DNA of 64,000 nt from a virus (IMGVR_UViG_3300032038_000048:22360-86359), one strand, 5' to 3'. Numbered from the stretch's first letter, positions 46,900-55,264 are shown. The notes: generated by a model from the sequence alone, not told the origin. Numbers and translations are program-made.

Positions 46900-47261
46900 A
46901 CCAGTTCTATGTATGATAAATTATATCCTCTTACAGCCCTGCCTTTCTTTATTGCTGTATAAGCTGCTTTGTATGGTATCGAAAGCACCTTACAACACTG
47001 GTGAAGGCTGCTAAAGACCTCACCAGTCTCAGCAACCTTCACCCTTCTTAACGATTTCTTTTTGTTTTGTTTTTTGAGCGCAGGTTTTATCAATATCTCT
47101 TTTGAAACTTCATGGTAGTCCGACAAGCGGTACACTTCGACCTCGCACCCTTTATATATCGCCTTTATATACGGTATTTCCGCAATGTCGTTAGAGTAGT
47201 GTGTACCTACACACTTACCACCAATAAAGCAATATACAACATATCTGTTACTCTTACTCAT
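46896..47261 (-). CDS. Protein with C-terminal NUMOD1-like DNA-binding motif
   Basis: RRVKVAETGEVFSSLHQCCKVLSI. Confidence 0.6.
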   Translation of the reverse strand: MSKSNRYVVYCFIGGKCVGTHYSNDIAEIPYIKAIYKGCEVEVYRLSDYHEVSKEILIKPALKKQNKKKSLRRVKVAETGEVFSSLHQCCKVLSIPYKAAYTAIKKGRAVRGYNLSYIELV

Positions 47262-47289
47262 CCCAAAAGAGTTATTGATTTACTACATT

Positions 47290-47697
47290 CTACAACACCT
47301 CCACAAAAGATGTCTTTTTTATACCCTCACACTCCATGTCTTGCAAACCTTGTTTCATGTATTCCTGAGTCGCTTTTTCTGCGCCCGAAACATCATTTGC
47401 GTAAACTCCTATCTTATACTTTGTCTTTTTCTCTGTTCCGTTTTCATTGATGAAAATATCGGCAAGCGTGGCAAGGTATATCGCCTCTCCATCTACACCT
47501 TTTGGCTCATTTGCAAACTCGCGTATCTGACTGCGCTTCACAGCCACGACATCGCACTCTCCGTTAAACAACTCCATTCCCTTCTGTTCGGCCTCGGCAA
47601 ACAGTTCGCAGTCTTTTACAATGTAGTTGTCTGCCACTTCCTTGTCATTCCCCTTCGCATCCTGGATGGTATGCTTCACTTTAACTTCGTAATACAT
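47290..47697 (-). CDS. DUF4494-family protein
   Basis: YYEVKVKH...YIVKDCELFAEAE...IKKTSFVEV. Confidence 0.8.
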   Translation of the reverse strand: MYYEVKVKHTIQDAKGNDKEVADNYIVKDCELFAEAEQKGMELFNGECDVVAVKRSQIREFANEPKGVDGEAIYLATLADIFINENGTEKKTKYKIGVYANDVSGAEKATQEYMKQGLQDMECEGIKKTSFVEVL

Positions 47698-47730
47698 AAC
47701 TTGTTGGTTTTTAGTTGATTAAAATTTATA

Positions 47731-48414
47731 TTATTTTACACTCCAGTCTTGTGTCGGAAACTCTAGTTCCGCCTGCTCGCATTTCTTATTCTTGTCGGAT
47801 GTATAATAAATCCAGTCTAACACAGTCTTACCTTTATATCCCTTCTCCCAAACGAACCACGCATAGCTCACCGCACTGCTTGTATGTTCTTCAAAATTAC
47901 CGTTCTTACTACATATCAGCCTGCGCACGAACTGTAGGACAAATTTAGGTGGATTGATAGAATATATATCGTTATATCTACCCTGTCCTTCCGCAAATGT
48001 AGTCTTTACAAACATACACACATAGTCACCTTTCTTTAGTAATTTTAGTGCGTGTACGATATATTCCGCAGCATACTTGTATGGTGGGTTGGTAAGTATG
48101 CAATGCACCTCCGATGGCACTTCTGTCTGCTCAAAGAAGTTTACCCCGCCGACACCATAACCACGCTCTACAAGGTCGGATGATATGACATTATATCCAC
48201 GTTCCTCCAGTCGTTTTGATAAGTGCCCTTCACCGCAACTCGGTTCCCATATAATACCAGGCAATTCCATATAGTCCAGAAGTGCATCTATCGCTTTGGG
48301 GTCGGTGGCATAGAAATCATGCTGCTCCCTCTCACCTTCTGTATGGTTACTCGCACCGATCATCTTAAACCATGAGTACCACTTGTCAGTCCAGTCTTTA
48401 TCGTTTTGTTTCAT
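47731..48414 (-). CDS. Orphan amino-methyltransferase (NPPY), probably DNA N6-adenine
   Basis: DFYATDP, WEPSCGEGHL (SAM-binding), ILTNPPY. Confidence 0.8.
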   Translation of the reverse strand: MKQNDKDWTDKWYSWFKMIGASNHTEGEREQHDFYATDPKAIDALLDYMELPGIIWEPSCGEGHLSKRLEERGYNVISSDLVERGYGVGGVNFFEQTEVPSEVHCILTNPPYKYAAEYIVHALKLLKKGDYVCMFVKTTFAEGQGRYNDIYSINPPKFVLQFVRRLICSKNGNFEEHTSSAVSYAWFVWEKGYKGKTVLDWIYYTSDKNKKCEQAELEFPTQDWSVK

Positions 48415-48418
48415 GTAT

Positions 48419-48825
48419 GCTGTATATCACCCTTAGTTTTTTATCACCCCACCACCATAAGGGTAATGGGGCAATACTTATGCTCACACTCCCTTAATCA
48501 ACGCAGTCAAAGTAAGATGCAGGTTACGGTTCGTTTGCTTTAACGCTGCGACCTTTACTTGTGCCTCCGCGATGCTCAACTCCTTTTTGTCTATCTGACC
48601 GAGGAAATCACTTAAATACACATGGGCTGGTTTGCCCTGAATCCTGTTAAAATCTGAAAATTTGCTCATCTGTATATCAACTTATTTATAGGTAATTAAC
48701 ATCAGTACTGGCTTGGCGTGTAGTGGCAACCGGCTGTATATCACTCTTATTTGTAATACCATGTGCCCTGCTGCACCGGAAATACTTTGGCTGTATATCA
48801 CCCTTATTTGTAGATGATTAACACC
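48419..48825 (-). CRISPR. Degenerate CRISPR-like array downstream of the dead Cas12f/TnpB-like gene
   Basis: Plus-strand repeat GCTGTATATCACCCTTATTTGTAGATGATTAACACC at 48790-48825; 24-nt partial copy at 48733; degenerate copy at 48669-48703; short partial copy at 48419; intervening uniques of 33 and 29 nt. Confidence 0.7.
48484..48669 (-). CDS. 61-aa hypothetical protein lying between two repeat copies
   Basis: ATG directly abuts the repeat 3' end (GATATACAG ATG). Confidence 0.5.
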   Translation of the reverse strand: MSKFSDFNRIQGKPAHVYLSDFLGQIDKKELSIAEAQVKVAALKQTNRNLHLTLTALIKGV

Positions 48826-48924
48826 AAATTCCGTATAATCGCCTGCGTCATAAATATTTAGGTGATTTATGGAGTGATAAAATCCTCCATTTAAGGCACT
48901 ACAGCGTACCCGTTTATATTGTTT
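48826..48924 (-). ncRNA. Candidate tracrRNA/omegaRNA-like scaffold
   Basis: Between the effector stop and first repeat; GCTGTA..CCTTA and TATCACTC are complementary to the repeat 3' half; internal ATGGAG/CTCCAT hairpin. Confidence 0.5.
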
Positions 48925-50061
48925 TTATTCTTTGTCTACAACAAGTTTAACACCTGCCATCTTACACTTGTAGGCTATCTTCTCCTTAAACCCATAGTAA
49001 CTCCAGTTGCGCAGGACAAACGGCTCGCCGTTCTGGTTGTCTTCTTTGGCTTTGTCTTCACGCCTTGTCTGGTCTAATAGCATCAGTTTGCCACATTTGT
49101 GCTTCACAGCTAAATTTACCAGCATACGACTATAGGTGTGGAGTTTTGTGTCTACATAATTATTCTCCTTGTTGTGCCAGCGTTCTATTGCCTTGCACTT
49201 CGCTTTTCTTCCTTTGCCACCCACCGAATAACGGTTGTTTATCTGGCACCTTCGCACTGCTTCCTGTATCTGACGACGACGGTAGTTAAATTCTTCTTTT
49301 GTGCCGATCTCAAAAACTTTTGGACCACTGTCATACTCTCGCGCCGTTTTTACATCGCAGGTACATACTACTGGGTTCATTACGCCTAAGTAAGCGTAAA
49401 GCGTTTTATCTTCGTTGAGTTTGTTTTCTTGTTTTGGTATATCCACGCAAAGTAGAAAGTATATCTTTTTCCCATCCACCTGAATACTGGAGGTACACAT
49501 TTTATATTCACCACTTACCACTCGCTCAACTATCAGCCGATTGCCGCTCCTATCCCTGCCGAAGCGCATTTGAAAGGGTATATTCATCACCTCAAAGAAA
49601 CAACCTGTGCGCTGCTCCCCATCACCGCCTGTATATTCGGCGAAGCGCAGATTTTTATAAAGCGAAGCCTTGAGAGGTATCGGCATATTGCTTTTGTATG
49701 AGCGTAATGACTTATTCCACATACCTTTTTTACGGTCATCTGCATACATTTTTTGTACGTTTTGCAGAACACTGGGTATCATACCCATATAAGCATTACC
49801 TTTAAAAGCCTCGCTTGCTGCTACATACGGAGCGTTCTGTTTAGTCGCTTTCTGGCCTTTACAGCCAAGGTATTCTATTTTCTCCTTATCTTCGGCACTA
49901 AGGTATGGCATTGTGTTATCTAAGGCAAACAAATGACTAACCGCCATGTTTGCCACTTTTACTGCCACATCTCTATTAGCATAAAGTCTGTCATAGTATG
50001 CCCTACGTTGGTCTTTATCATTCTCACAGATAAAAACCTCAATTTTGCGTGTTATTACCAT
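48925..50061 (-). CDS. Nuclease-dead Cas12f/TnpB-like RNA-guided DNA-binding protein (378 aa)
   Basis: ITRKIEV start, FGRDRSGNR, SSIQVDGKKIYFLLCVDIP, bridge-helix region HTYSRMLVNLA, LRNWSYYGFKEKIAYKC..AG. RuvC-I reads AYLG instead of xDLG, RuvC-II reads LLDQ instead of xEDL, and the protein ends before the Zn ribbon and RuvC-III. Confidence 0.8.
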   Translation of the reverse strand: MVITRKIEVFICENDKDQRRAYYDRLYANRDVAVKVANMAVSHLFALDNTMPYLSAEDKEKIEYLGCKGQKATKQNAPYVAASEAFKGNAYMGMIPSVLQNVQKMYADDRKKGMWNKSLRSYKSNMPIPLKASLYKNLRFAEYTGGDGEQRTGCFFEVMNIPFQMRFGRDRSGNRLIVERVVSGEYKMCTSSIQVDGKKIYFLLCVDIPKQENKLNEDKTLYAYLGVMNPVVCTCDVKTAREYDSGPKVFEIGTKEEFNYRRRQIQEAVRRCQINNRYSVGGKGRKAKCKAIERWHNKENNYVDTKLHTYSRMLVNLAVKHKCGKLMLLDQTRREDKAKEDNQNGEPFVLRNWSYYGFKEKIAYKCKMAGVKLVVDKE

Positions 50062-50094
50062 CGTTATATTTGTTTTTTGTACTACATAAACCCT

Positions 50095-50196
50095 GCTGCA
50101 TACACCCCCAACACTCGTATTATCTACAGGTGCTCAATGGCATACTGCTTGCGGAGCTCGGCTGCATACACCCCCAACACTCGTATTATCTACAGG
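50095..50196 (-). CRISPR. Mini CRISPR array: two identical 36-nt repeats, one 30-nt spacer
   Basis: GCTGCATACACCCCCAACACTCGTATTATCTACAGG at 50095-50130 and 50161-50196; spacer TGCTCAATGGCATACTGCTTGCGGAGCTCG (plus strand). Confidence 0.85.
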
Positions 50197-50276
50197 AGGT
50201 ATTTCATAAGTAGTTGATACTCTTATGTTAAGGCGGTGCAGCCCGCCCGAAAAGTTATATCGTTTCCTTCCATCCT

Positions 50277-50924
50277 TTATTCTCTCCCCCTTAAATCGTC
50301 ACCCTGAAAGCAAATGTCCTTTGTCAGAACACGCAATCTGCTGACGGTGCGTATATCGTATCTCGCTTCAAGTGAAGGTATGTCTGGTATAACATTGCCC
50401 GCTGCATCCCTGGCTATAGTCTTGCGCAGGTTAGTTGTCAGAACAAGCAGTTTATTATGCCGTTCCGCTTCATCCACAAGCTCAGAAAAGTACTTATGTG
50501 TGGTACCATATACCTTTACATTGTCCTCCTGCCCTACATCATCAATAGACAAGAGTTTATATTGACTGATCTCACTGTATTTCTCATTCAATTCGCGAGA
50601 GGTAAAACATGGTATTATTTTCCGAAGGTAATACTCAAAGATTACAGGTATTATCTTCTGCGCAATCAAAGTCTTACCTCTTCCACAACTCCCATACAAA
50701 AGCAAACCTTTACCTTTGTTATCCGAGAGCCACTCTACAACCTCTTCATACTCTGGCTGCCATACGGCACGCTCACCGAGAAAATGATACAAACCGCGCA
50801 TAAGAAGATTTCGGGCATCGGGTATCTTAAAATGTACCGTGCTTTCTCCTGTCGCCCTGCCATCAAATATTCTTTGATGTTCTGTCTGTGCCAGTTCCGT
50901 TAAATTCTTTATCTTTCTTACCAT
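50277..50924 (-). CDS. DnaC/IstB-like AAA+ helicase loader
   Basis: GLLLYGSCGRGKT, LLSIDDVGQE, VLTTNL. Confidence 0.85.
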   Translation of the reverse strand: MVRKIKNLTELAQTEHQRIFDGRATGESTVHFKIPDARNLLMRGLYHFLGERAVWQPEYEEVVEWLSDNKGKGLLLYGSCGRGKTLIAQKIIPVIFEYYLRKIIPCFTSRELNEKYSEISQYKLLSIDDVGQEDNVKVYGTTHKYFSELVDEAERHNKLLVLTTNLRKTIARDAAGNVIPDIPSLEARYDIRTVSRLRVLTKDICFQGDDLRGRE

Positions 50925-51658
50925 TTGTCGTTGTCGTACATATTTGGTTTGTGTTGTAGGTTCATCGCACTCTCGATATTAGAAGTAATACCTTTGCTTT
51001 GCTGACCTCTATCCATGTTATTATTCGCCCATCTTGCCAGTCTGAGATTTGTGTCCCATGTGCGCTGTTGTTCAAAACGCATCCTTGTGTGTGACTTGTT
51101 CGGCTCAGTCCAGTAGTCAAAAAACTCTCTCACCATCGCCTTGCCATACTTATTAACGTATGGAACAAGGGAATTATAGAAACGCTGCTTCCGACCTTTA
51201 ATATCCGCATTACCTGTGCTAGGTGTGTCGCAGGGTGTGTCGGTAGGTGTGTCGCAGGGTGTGTCGGTAGGTGTGTCGCAGACCCCCTCTAACTTATTGT
51301 CACCTTGCAAGTTAGGTGTGTCGCAGGGTGTGTCGCAGGGTGTGTCGGTAGGTGTGTCGGTAGGTGTGTCGGTAGGTGTGTCGGTAGGTGTGTCGGTAGG
51401 TGTGTCGCTAATGGTTGTTTCGTTATTCTCCGACCTCCCTATATACAACCCTTGACCGTCTATCTTTTTTAAGAAACGCCTGACTTTAGATACAGTCCAG
51501 TTCAACTCCAGTGCAAGTGTACGAAGTGTTATTATCGCACTGCGCTGTTTATTATCAGCAAGCATTAAAAGATATAACAATGCACCACGCTCATCGTTGC
51601 TCTTACATACTCTGAGTAGCGTTCTTGGCACTTGTATATATCCTTTTAATGTTGCCAT
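50918..51658 (-). CDS. Replication initiator (lambda O/DnaD-like layout) with internal tandem repeats
   Basis: N-terminal wHTH (LRTLALELNWTVSKVRRFLKK), DTP[T/C] repeats, C-terminal EFFDYWTE...QQRTWD...RLARW; upstream of the loader. Confidence 0.8.
   Translation of the reverse strand: MATLKGYIQVPRTLLRVCKSNDERGALLYLLMLADNKQRSAIITLRTLALELNWTVSKVRRFLKKIDGQGLYIGRSENNETTISDTPTDTPTDTPTDTPTDTPTDTPCDTPCDTPNLQGDNKLEGVCDTPTDTPCDTPTDTPCDTPSTGNADIKGRKQRFYNSLVPYVNKYGKAMVREFFDYWTEPNKSHTRMRFEQQRTWDTNLRLARWANNNMDRGQQSKGITSNIESAMNLQHKPNMYDNDKW
51222..51410 (+). repeat. 12-bp tandem repeats GGTGTGTCG(CAG/GTA), 5 + 8 copies; iteron-like
   Basis: 51222-51281 (5 units) and 51315-51410 (8 units). Confidence 0.9.
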
Positions 51659-51670
51659 GCGTATCGCTTT

Positions 51671-51982
51671 TTAGAACGGCAGATCGCTCTCGTTCTCTAT
51701 TGTATTTTTTGTCGTAGCTTGTGACTGTTCCTTTCCGAAAGACTTCGGCTTGAAGCGCGAACCGATATAATAGCTCAATCCTTCTTTGCGGTCGGCCTTC
51801 TTACAGTCGGCTTGCAGATAATGAGTGTTGCCGTGGTCGTCTGGCTCCTTGCGTTCGTGCAGGGTGACATAAATAAGTGCGTGCTGACCGTCCTTGAAGT
51901 CGGCCATGTTAAATAACTCCCTGTGCTGCTTCCATAAGCGGCACAGAATAGTAAAATCTATTGCTCCTGAATAAGTTGCCAT
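51671..51982 (-). CDS. Probable single-stranded DNA-binding protein
   Basis: Adjacent to exonuclease/RecT; ends ESDLPF. Confidence 0.55.
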   Translation of the reverse strand: MATYSGAIDFTILCRLWKQHRELFNMADFKDGQHALIYVTLHERKEPDDHGNTHYLQADCKKADRKEGLSYYIGSRFKPKSFGKEQSQATTKNTIENESDLPF

Positions 51983-51989
51983 TGTTTTG

Positions 51990-52757
51990 TTATTTGATTA
52001 TTGCCTGAGTTTCGTTAAGAGTGCCCAACTGTATCTTGATATAGTTTACTGCGAGAGTGATACGCTCTTTGAGGAACTTCACATCATCCTCGTTACGATG
52101 TATGCGCAGCACCTTTAACTGCTTGCTCGGTGACACATACGGGCAGTATGAAATGAAGTCGCAGAAGTCGGTTTCAGTGACAATCATATTATTTACACAC
52201 TGCCAGTAGTATTGCTCATCATTCTCCTTTATATCCTCTGCCGTGGTGTAAAGGAAGTGCTGGAGGTGCTTTTCAAGCGTGTACGGGCACTTTATCTCAA
52301 TGCAGCCAGGCTCATCCACGATAATACCGTCGGGCGAACCTCCGCAGAGGTTAGGGTATCTGTCGTAAGGAATAAACCCTGCCTCGCATACCTCGTAGCC
52401 CATCGTCTCTGCATATCGCTCGCGTGCCACTGGCTCCATATCAACGCCCCACTGCGTAGCGCGAGTGCTGTAATTGCGCAGTTCGATGTATTCTTCAATT
52501 ATATTCTGCGAGAGCACATCATCGGACCATAACGGCATACAGTTCTCCATCACCTTACGATTGAGGTAGGAGAAGGTGGTGTCGGAGAATGGCACCACCT
52601 TTGTAGTGACGCGGGACTTAGGGTTGGCGGCTTTGTGTTCCGCCAACTCCTCGTCAGTCATGGGCACCTTCCTGTCCTTTGTCAGGACGTATATCTCACT
52701 GGAGGTAATCTTGCCCAGCCGGGCAGCGTACCAGTCCTTGGTTCTCTGCTCCATCAT
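51990..52757 (-). CDS. YqaJ/lambda-exonuclease-family protein
   Basis: QRTKDWYAARLGKITSS, WGVDMEPVAR, GSPDG, IEIKCP, YYWQC. Confidence 0.9.
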   Translation of the reverse strand: MMEQRTKDWYAARLGKITSSEIYVLTKDRKVPMTDEELAEHKAANPKSRVTTKVVPFSDTTFSYLNRKVMENCMPLWSDDVLSQNIIEEYIELRNYSTRATQWGVDMEPVARERYAETMGYEVCEAGFIPYDRYPNLCGGSPDGIIVDEPGCIEIKCPYTLEKHLQHFLYTTAEDIKENDEQYYWQCVNNMIVTETDFCDFISYCPYVSPSKQLKVLRIHRNEDDVKFLKERITLAVNYIKIQLGTLNETQAIIK

Positions 52758-53587
52758 TTTTTACCTTTCTTTTCGGGCTCTGCACCGAAGAGGTTGTCAG
52801 GTTGTTTGACTTCCTCGGCCACCGCCTCCTGCACATTGTTATTGTCGGCATAGTCGGGCTCAAAGGTGTCAATCTGCAAGTCCTCGTCGCTGATGCTCTC
52901 TGGCTTGACTACCGCCTGGTCGAACCTCACCGCCTGCTGGATAGCCACAGATTTAGGAGCATACTTAGAAAACAGGGCTTTCAGCACCGTTTTGCGTGCC
53001 ATTGCGTCAAAGTCGGATTTCCACGGTGACAAAGTGCTTCCGCGATATGCCTGCGAGAACCGCTTTGCATGGGCCTCCACTTCATCCTTAGACCAGTAGA
53101 TGGTCTTGGAGAAACCATTTACAAGGTCTATGCGGGCCATATAGCCGATAACCTTATCACTCTTCTTAGCATCCTCGTCAAACTCATACTCACCAGTGAA
53201 CTTGTTCTTCTTGGTGAGCTGGCCTTCATACACCACCTCGTCTATAATGTTCTTAAACTGGCCGCTGCGCTCTGCAAGTTCAATTAAACCCTTATACCCC
53301 AACTGAAATTGCGCCTGACCTTTGTAGGGTACTATATAGGCCAGTCCGAGAGTAGGGATAACAGGAAGGTCGAGTGTTGCCGCCACCATTGCCGAGCCGA
53401 GGATAGTCATAGGGTTGGCCTGTCGCAGCATAGAGTTGCCGTTAGCCACACTGATAACACTTGACACGAACGATGCCGCTTTCTTTTCCGAGCCGAGCAC
53501 GTCGTTCAGTTTCTTCATCACTGCTCCGCTGTTCATAAGCTGCTGGAGCGTCTGCGGCTGTCTGGCCGCTGTCATTTCATTTGCCAT
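52754..53587 (-). CDS. recT: RecT-family single-strand annealing protein
   Basis: LGLAYIVPYKGQAQFQLGYKGLIELAERSG, PWKSDFDAMARKTVLK. Confidence 0.92.
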   Translation of the reverse strand: MANEMTAARQPQTLQQLMNSGAVMKKLNDVLGSEKKAASFVSSVISVANGNSMLRQANPMTILGSAMVAATLDLPVIPTLGLAYIVPYKGQAQFQLGYKGLIELAERSGQFKNIIDEVVYEGQLTKKNKFTGEYEFDEDAKKSDKVIGYMARIDLVNGFSKTIYWSKDEVEAHAKRFSQAYRGSTLSPWKSDFDAMARKTVLKALFSKYAPKSVAIQQAVRFDQAVVKPESISDEDLQIDTFEPDYADNNNVQEAVAEEVKQPDNLFGAEPEKKGKK

Positions 53588-53744
53588 ATTCGTTATTCTT
53601 GATAAGTTTGTTTCTTATCAGCCACAACCGACGGGCGACATTATACTCCTTTGTAGATGGGTTGTGTGCCTTGATAATATCTATGGCTTTCCCTGTAAGC
53701 GAACACAGAGTATGCCAGTCGGTCTTGCTGATATTGATTTTCAT
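53577..53744 (-). CDS. Small hypothetical protein
   Basis: Likely start MKINISK at 53744. Confidence 0.55.
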   Translation of the reverse strand: MKINISKTDWHTLCSLTGKAIDIIKAHNPSTKEYNVARRLWLIRNKLIKNNEYGK

Positions 53745-53746
53745 AA

Positions 53747-53833
53747 TTATCCGATTATTGCCCCCAGGCAGAAGCATATATATCCTGCTGCGATGATAAC
53801 TACTGCCACGAGAAAGTCCTTAATTGTATTCAT
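53747..53833 (-). CDS. 28-aa single-TM peptide
   Basis: MNTIKDFLVAVVIIAAGYICFCLGAIIG; fills the gap between neighbours. Confidence 0.5.
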   Translation of the reverse strand: MNTIKDFLVAVVIIAAGYICFCLGAIIG

Positions 53834-53849
53834 AATATATCTGATTGGT

Positions 53850-54143
53850 TTATTGTGCTTTTCTTATTACTTTAAGAGAAGTTACCTTATTTTGCTTTCT
53901 CTCAATATATTGCACGAGCGACCTGTCTTTGAATACAAGCCTTTTACCCACCTTTGAGTGAGGTATCTCATCAATTTTTGCGTAGATCGTCTGAACTGGC
54001 ACACGAAGGAATTGTGCAGCCTCCTCCACATTAAGATATTTGGGAGGGAACATTAAGTCCAATAGTTCTTCATCGGACTTTAATCTCTCAGCAAGATACT
54101 GAGCCTGTCTTTTAGCCAGTTTATCGATCTCGTAGTCAGTCAT
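53850..54143 (-). CDS. Excisionase-like HTH_17 protein
   Basis: YLNVEEAAQFLRVPVQTIY...IPHSKVGKRLVF. Confidence 0.8.
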   Translation of the reverse strand: MTDYEIDKLAKRQAQYLAERLKSDEELLDLMFPPKYLNVEEAAQFLRVPVQTIYAKIDEIPHSKVGKRLVFKDRSLVQYIERKQNKVTSLKVIRKAQ

Positions 54144-54172
54144 TGCTCAGGATTTTCTGCTGTTCTAATCGT

Positions 54173-54409
54173 TTACCTGATTTTTCTAATATCGTCCTCT
54201 GGCTTCACAACTTTAATGGTGATTGTGAAGGTGTCGCGGTTTACACAACACGCGTATGTCATACCATCCTCTCGTGGGTACATATTTTTTGTGTATGTCA
54301 CAAGACTTTTCGCTGACATACACGCTTTGTAATCAGGGAGCGTAACTTCCATTGTTCCGCCCACCCCCATCGAACGAATGTCATTTGTCGTTATTTTATC
54401 CGCCTTCAT
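54173..54409 (-). CDS. Small protein divergent from CI (Cro position)
   Basis: 78 aa; first gene of the leftward operon. Confidence 0.6.
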   Translation of the reverse strand: MKADKITTNDIRSMGVGGTMEVTLPDYKACMSAKSLVTYTKNMYPREDGMTYACCVNRDTFTITIKVVKPEDDIRKIR

Positions 54410-54464
54410 TGTTAATTTTGTTTAATTATACTGCAAAAACAAGCCTATATATCGCTTATTTATT

Positions 54465-54537
54465 TATATTTGCAGTCCTACAACTTTATTTAACTCAGTT
54501 ATATTTATTTATTTTACTAAAAACACTTGCAAATATA
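54465..54537. promoter_or_regulatory. Face-to-face promoters of the lysis/lysogeny switch
   Basis: TATATTTG on plus at 54465-54472 and on minus at 54530-54537. Confidence 0.55.
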
Positions 54538-54622
54538 AACATATCTATTTAATACCGCACAAATCTGTGTGTATATTTAACAATGCTTAACATATAGGTT
54601 TGATATTAAACACAGCTCTACT

Positions 54623-55264
54623 ATGCAAAAATCTACCAATACAAGAATTGATACACTGCTGGATATTCTAAATATCAGTCAGTTAGAGTTCGCAAGGCAG
54701 TTAGGTGTCACAAGCGGAGCGATAGGTAACTGGAAGAGACGTGACTTAGGGATAAATGTAATCAACAAAATAGTTGCAGCATATCCACAGGTTAACATAA
54801 ACTGGTTAACAAAAGGTGAAGGTGATGTATTAAAGCCGATACAAGAGCTTACAAAACCAAAATCACATAAGAACGACCGAAAAGAAACAAAACCTCGTCT
54901 ACCTATACTTGCCGCTGCGGGCAGCCTGTCTGAATATATCTCAGGCGTAAAGTTGCAAGACTGTGAACAAGTGCCTATAGTATCACGCTTCCCATCTTAC
55001 GACTTTACTATGTATATAAAAGGTGACAGTATGGAGCCGAAGTTTGAAGGCGGTGATGAGATAGCCTGTAAGAGGGTGTACGATGTGATCGAGTGGGGAA
55101 AGACATACGTCCTCGACACAAACGATGGTGCTGTGATAAAACGGATATATGATGATGGCGACAATATCCGCTGCGTGTCCTATAATAAAGAATATCCCGA
55201 TTTTACAGTCAGAAAAGATTGTATAAACGGTATCTTTCGTGTCGTTGGACTAATAAGAATATAA
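54623..55264 (+). CDS. CI-like repressor (HTH plus S24 peptidase)
   Basis: ISQLEFARQLGVTSGAIGNW; AAG cleavage-site-like motif; KGDSMEP; VIKR. Confidence 0.9.
   Translation: MQKSTNTRIDTLLDILNISQLEFARQLGVTSGAIGNWKRRDLGINVINKIVAAYPQVNINWLTKGEGDVLKPIQELTKPKSHKNDRKETKPRLPILAAAGSLSEYISGVKLQDCEQVPIVSRFPSYDFTMYIKGDSMEPKFEGGDEIACKRVYDVIEWGKTYVLDTNDGAVIKRIYDDGDNIRCVSYNKEYPDFTVRKDCINGIFRVVGLIRI

Noticed and set aside
48925-50061. IS200/IS605 or IS607 transposon
   Set aside because: No TnpA or serine recombinase nearby, no recognisable element ends, catalytic residues lost, and the flanks are CRISPR-like repeats.
48400-50270. Complete CRISPR-Cas immune system or dCas12f-sigmaE activator locus
   Set aside because: No cas1/cas2/cas4, no active nuclease and no ECF sigma factor in the window.
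51222-51410. CRISPR array
   Set aside because: Contiguous 12-bp tandem units with no spacers.
51216-51455. Plus-strand VSVG-repeat ORF
   Set aside because: It is the antisense reading of the 12-bp repeats in the initiator gene.
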